The position numbers and the translations under genes were made by a program. This document shows positions 62,838 to 64,000 of a stretch of 64,000 bases of DNA, one piece after another (within the stretch, counting starts at the first letter, position 1; each line of letters starts with the position of its first letter). The stretch is from Octopus bimaculoides (lineage: Eukaryota). The notes beneath the pieces are model-generated. The model did not search any database and had not been told where the DNA came from. It saw nothing but the letters and a program-made list of their open reading frames with translations. The stretch spans positions 161,709,672 to 161,773,671 of the forward strand of contig NC_068981.1 of NCBI RefSeq assembly GCF_001194135.2, given 5' to 3'.

Positions 62838-64000
62838 GGTGGTGGTGATGATGATGATGGTGGTGATGATGATGGTGGTGGTGGTGGTGGTGGTGTTGGT
62901 GGTGGTGATGATGATGATAATAATGATGTGAGTGACAGTTAGCTCCTTAGCAGCTGCAGCCTTATAAACCCATAATCAGTGGCTCATTTAGGTATGTTAC
63001 TCAGGTGTATTATCCATTGTCATAAATAAGAACCTCTTCCAGGCAAAGAATGAAACCACAGGGTAATATTATCTTCCTTGGAGACAGCTGATAGTCAGCA
63101 ACATGAAGGGTATCCAACCACAGAAGATCTGCCTCAATGAATTTCATTTGATCCATGCAAGCATGTGAAAGTGGACATCAGAATTATGACAACAACAATG
63201 TTGATGATGCTGCTGCTGATGTTGATGATGATAAAAGCTTTTATGTTTAAAATAATGCAATCCAAAATTTTGTCAGTTCCAATTGATGGAACTTTGATTT
63301 TAAGATAAAATATCTGCTGTAATGTCTATTTGCTTTTCCTTTTCTTTGTGTGAAAGATTGCTCAAGTTTCACATTTCTAAATGGGTTTTCAACCCAAAAT
63401 TGGTTTGCAATTTTCATCTAGAAAATACTTTGTTTCTGATTAATTTCATATCAGATTAATGTTGCAGAAGTGAATATTTTATAGTTTAACTTCAGGATTT
63501 TCAGTTTGCTAGCATAAAACCGGCTGTGTGGTTAAGAAACCCACTTTGCAACCATGTGGTTTCAGGTTCAGTCCTATTGTATGGCACCTTCAGCAAGTTT
63601 TTTTTCCTACTATGGCTCTGGACCAACCAGTGCTTTGTGAGTGAATTTGGTAGATCAAAACTGGAAGCTTGTCAATTTTTCTCCCCTCATCTATTCTTTC
63701 TCTAGAAGAGTATATGCTGGAAGCATAAAAGAATTTACCTTCTTATTTTCATGATGTTAACCTAATACGCTGTCTTTTTTTACCTCATCTTTGTGTTATT
63801 TACAATATTTGCACTATAACTATAACTATATTATACATATAAGAGAAAGTCCTGTTATTATTCCTACTGTATTTGTGCAACATTGTTCGTTTTTTTCCGT
63901 CCTTGTTTTGTATACATTCGCTGCTTTCTTCCAAGGAATCTAATGCTCTTAGTTTAGATTTTCTTTGAGGCTGGCCAGATTGGAGCAATATCGAGAATAA

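Overview
AT-rich, repeat-dominated animal genomic DNA with 12 N-gaps. The repeat families suggest a coleoid cephalopod, probably Octopus; this is an inference from tRNA-Arg-like OR1/OR2-type SINEs, Nin/Deu-domain SINEs and RTE LINE tails. I can support no intact protein-coding gene, rRNA, true tRNA or CRISPR array, and almost all listed ORFs are microsatellite, N-gap or decayed-transposon artefacts. The window holds dozens of SINEs from at least four families, RTE LINE fragments, and a decayed but complete 2.06-kb IS630/Tc1-type transposon with 223-bp TIRs. It also holds maT/mariner remnants and hAT-, piggyBac- and Tc1-type MITEs. The most interesting signal is a set of minimal type-I hammerhead-ribozyme-like motifs with palindromic stem III, typical of Penelope-like elements and retrozymes. 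Two of them sit in the arms of a 1.75-kb fold-back (50349-52094). Another sits in an inverted-terminus structure that flanks an inverted copy of DNA from about 1.3 kb upstream (12892-13279).
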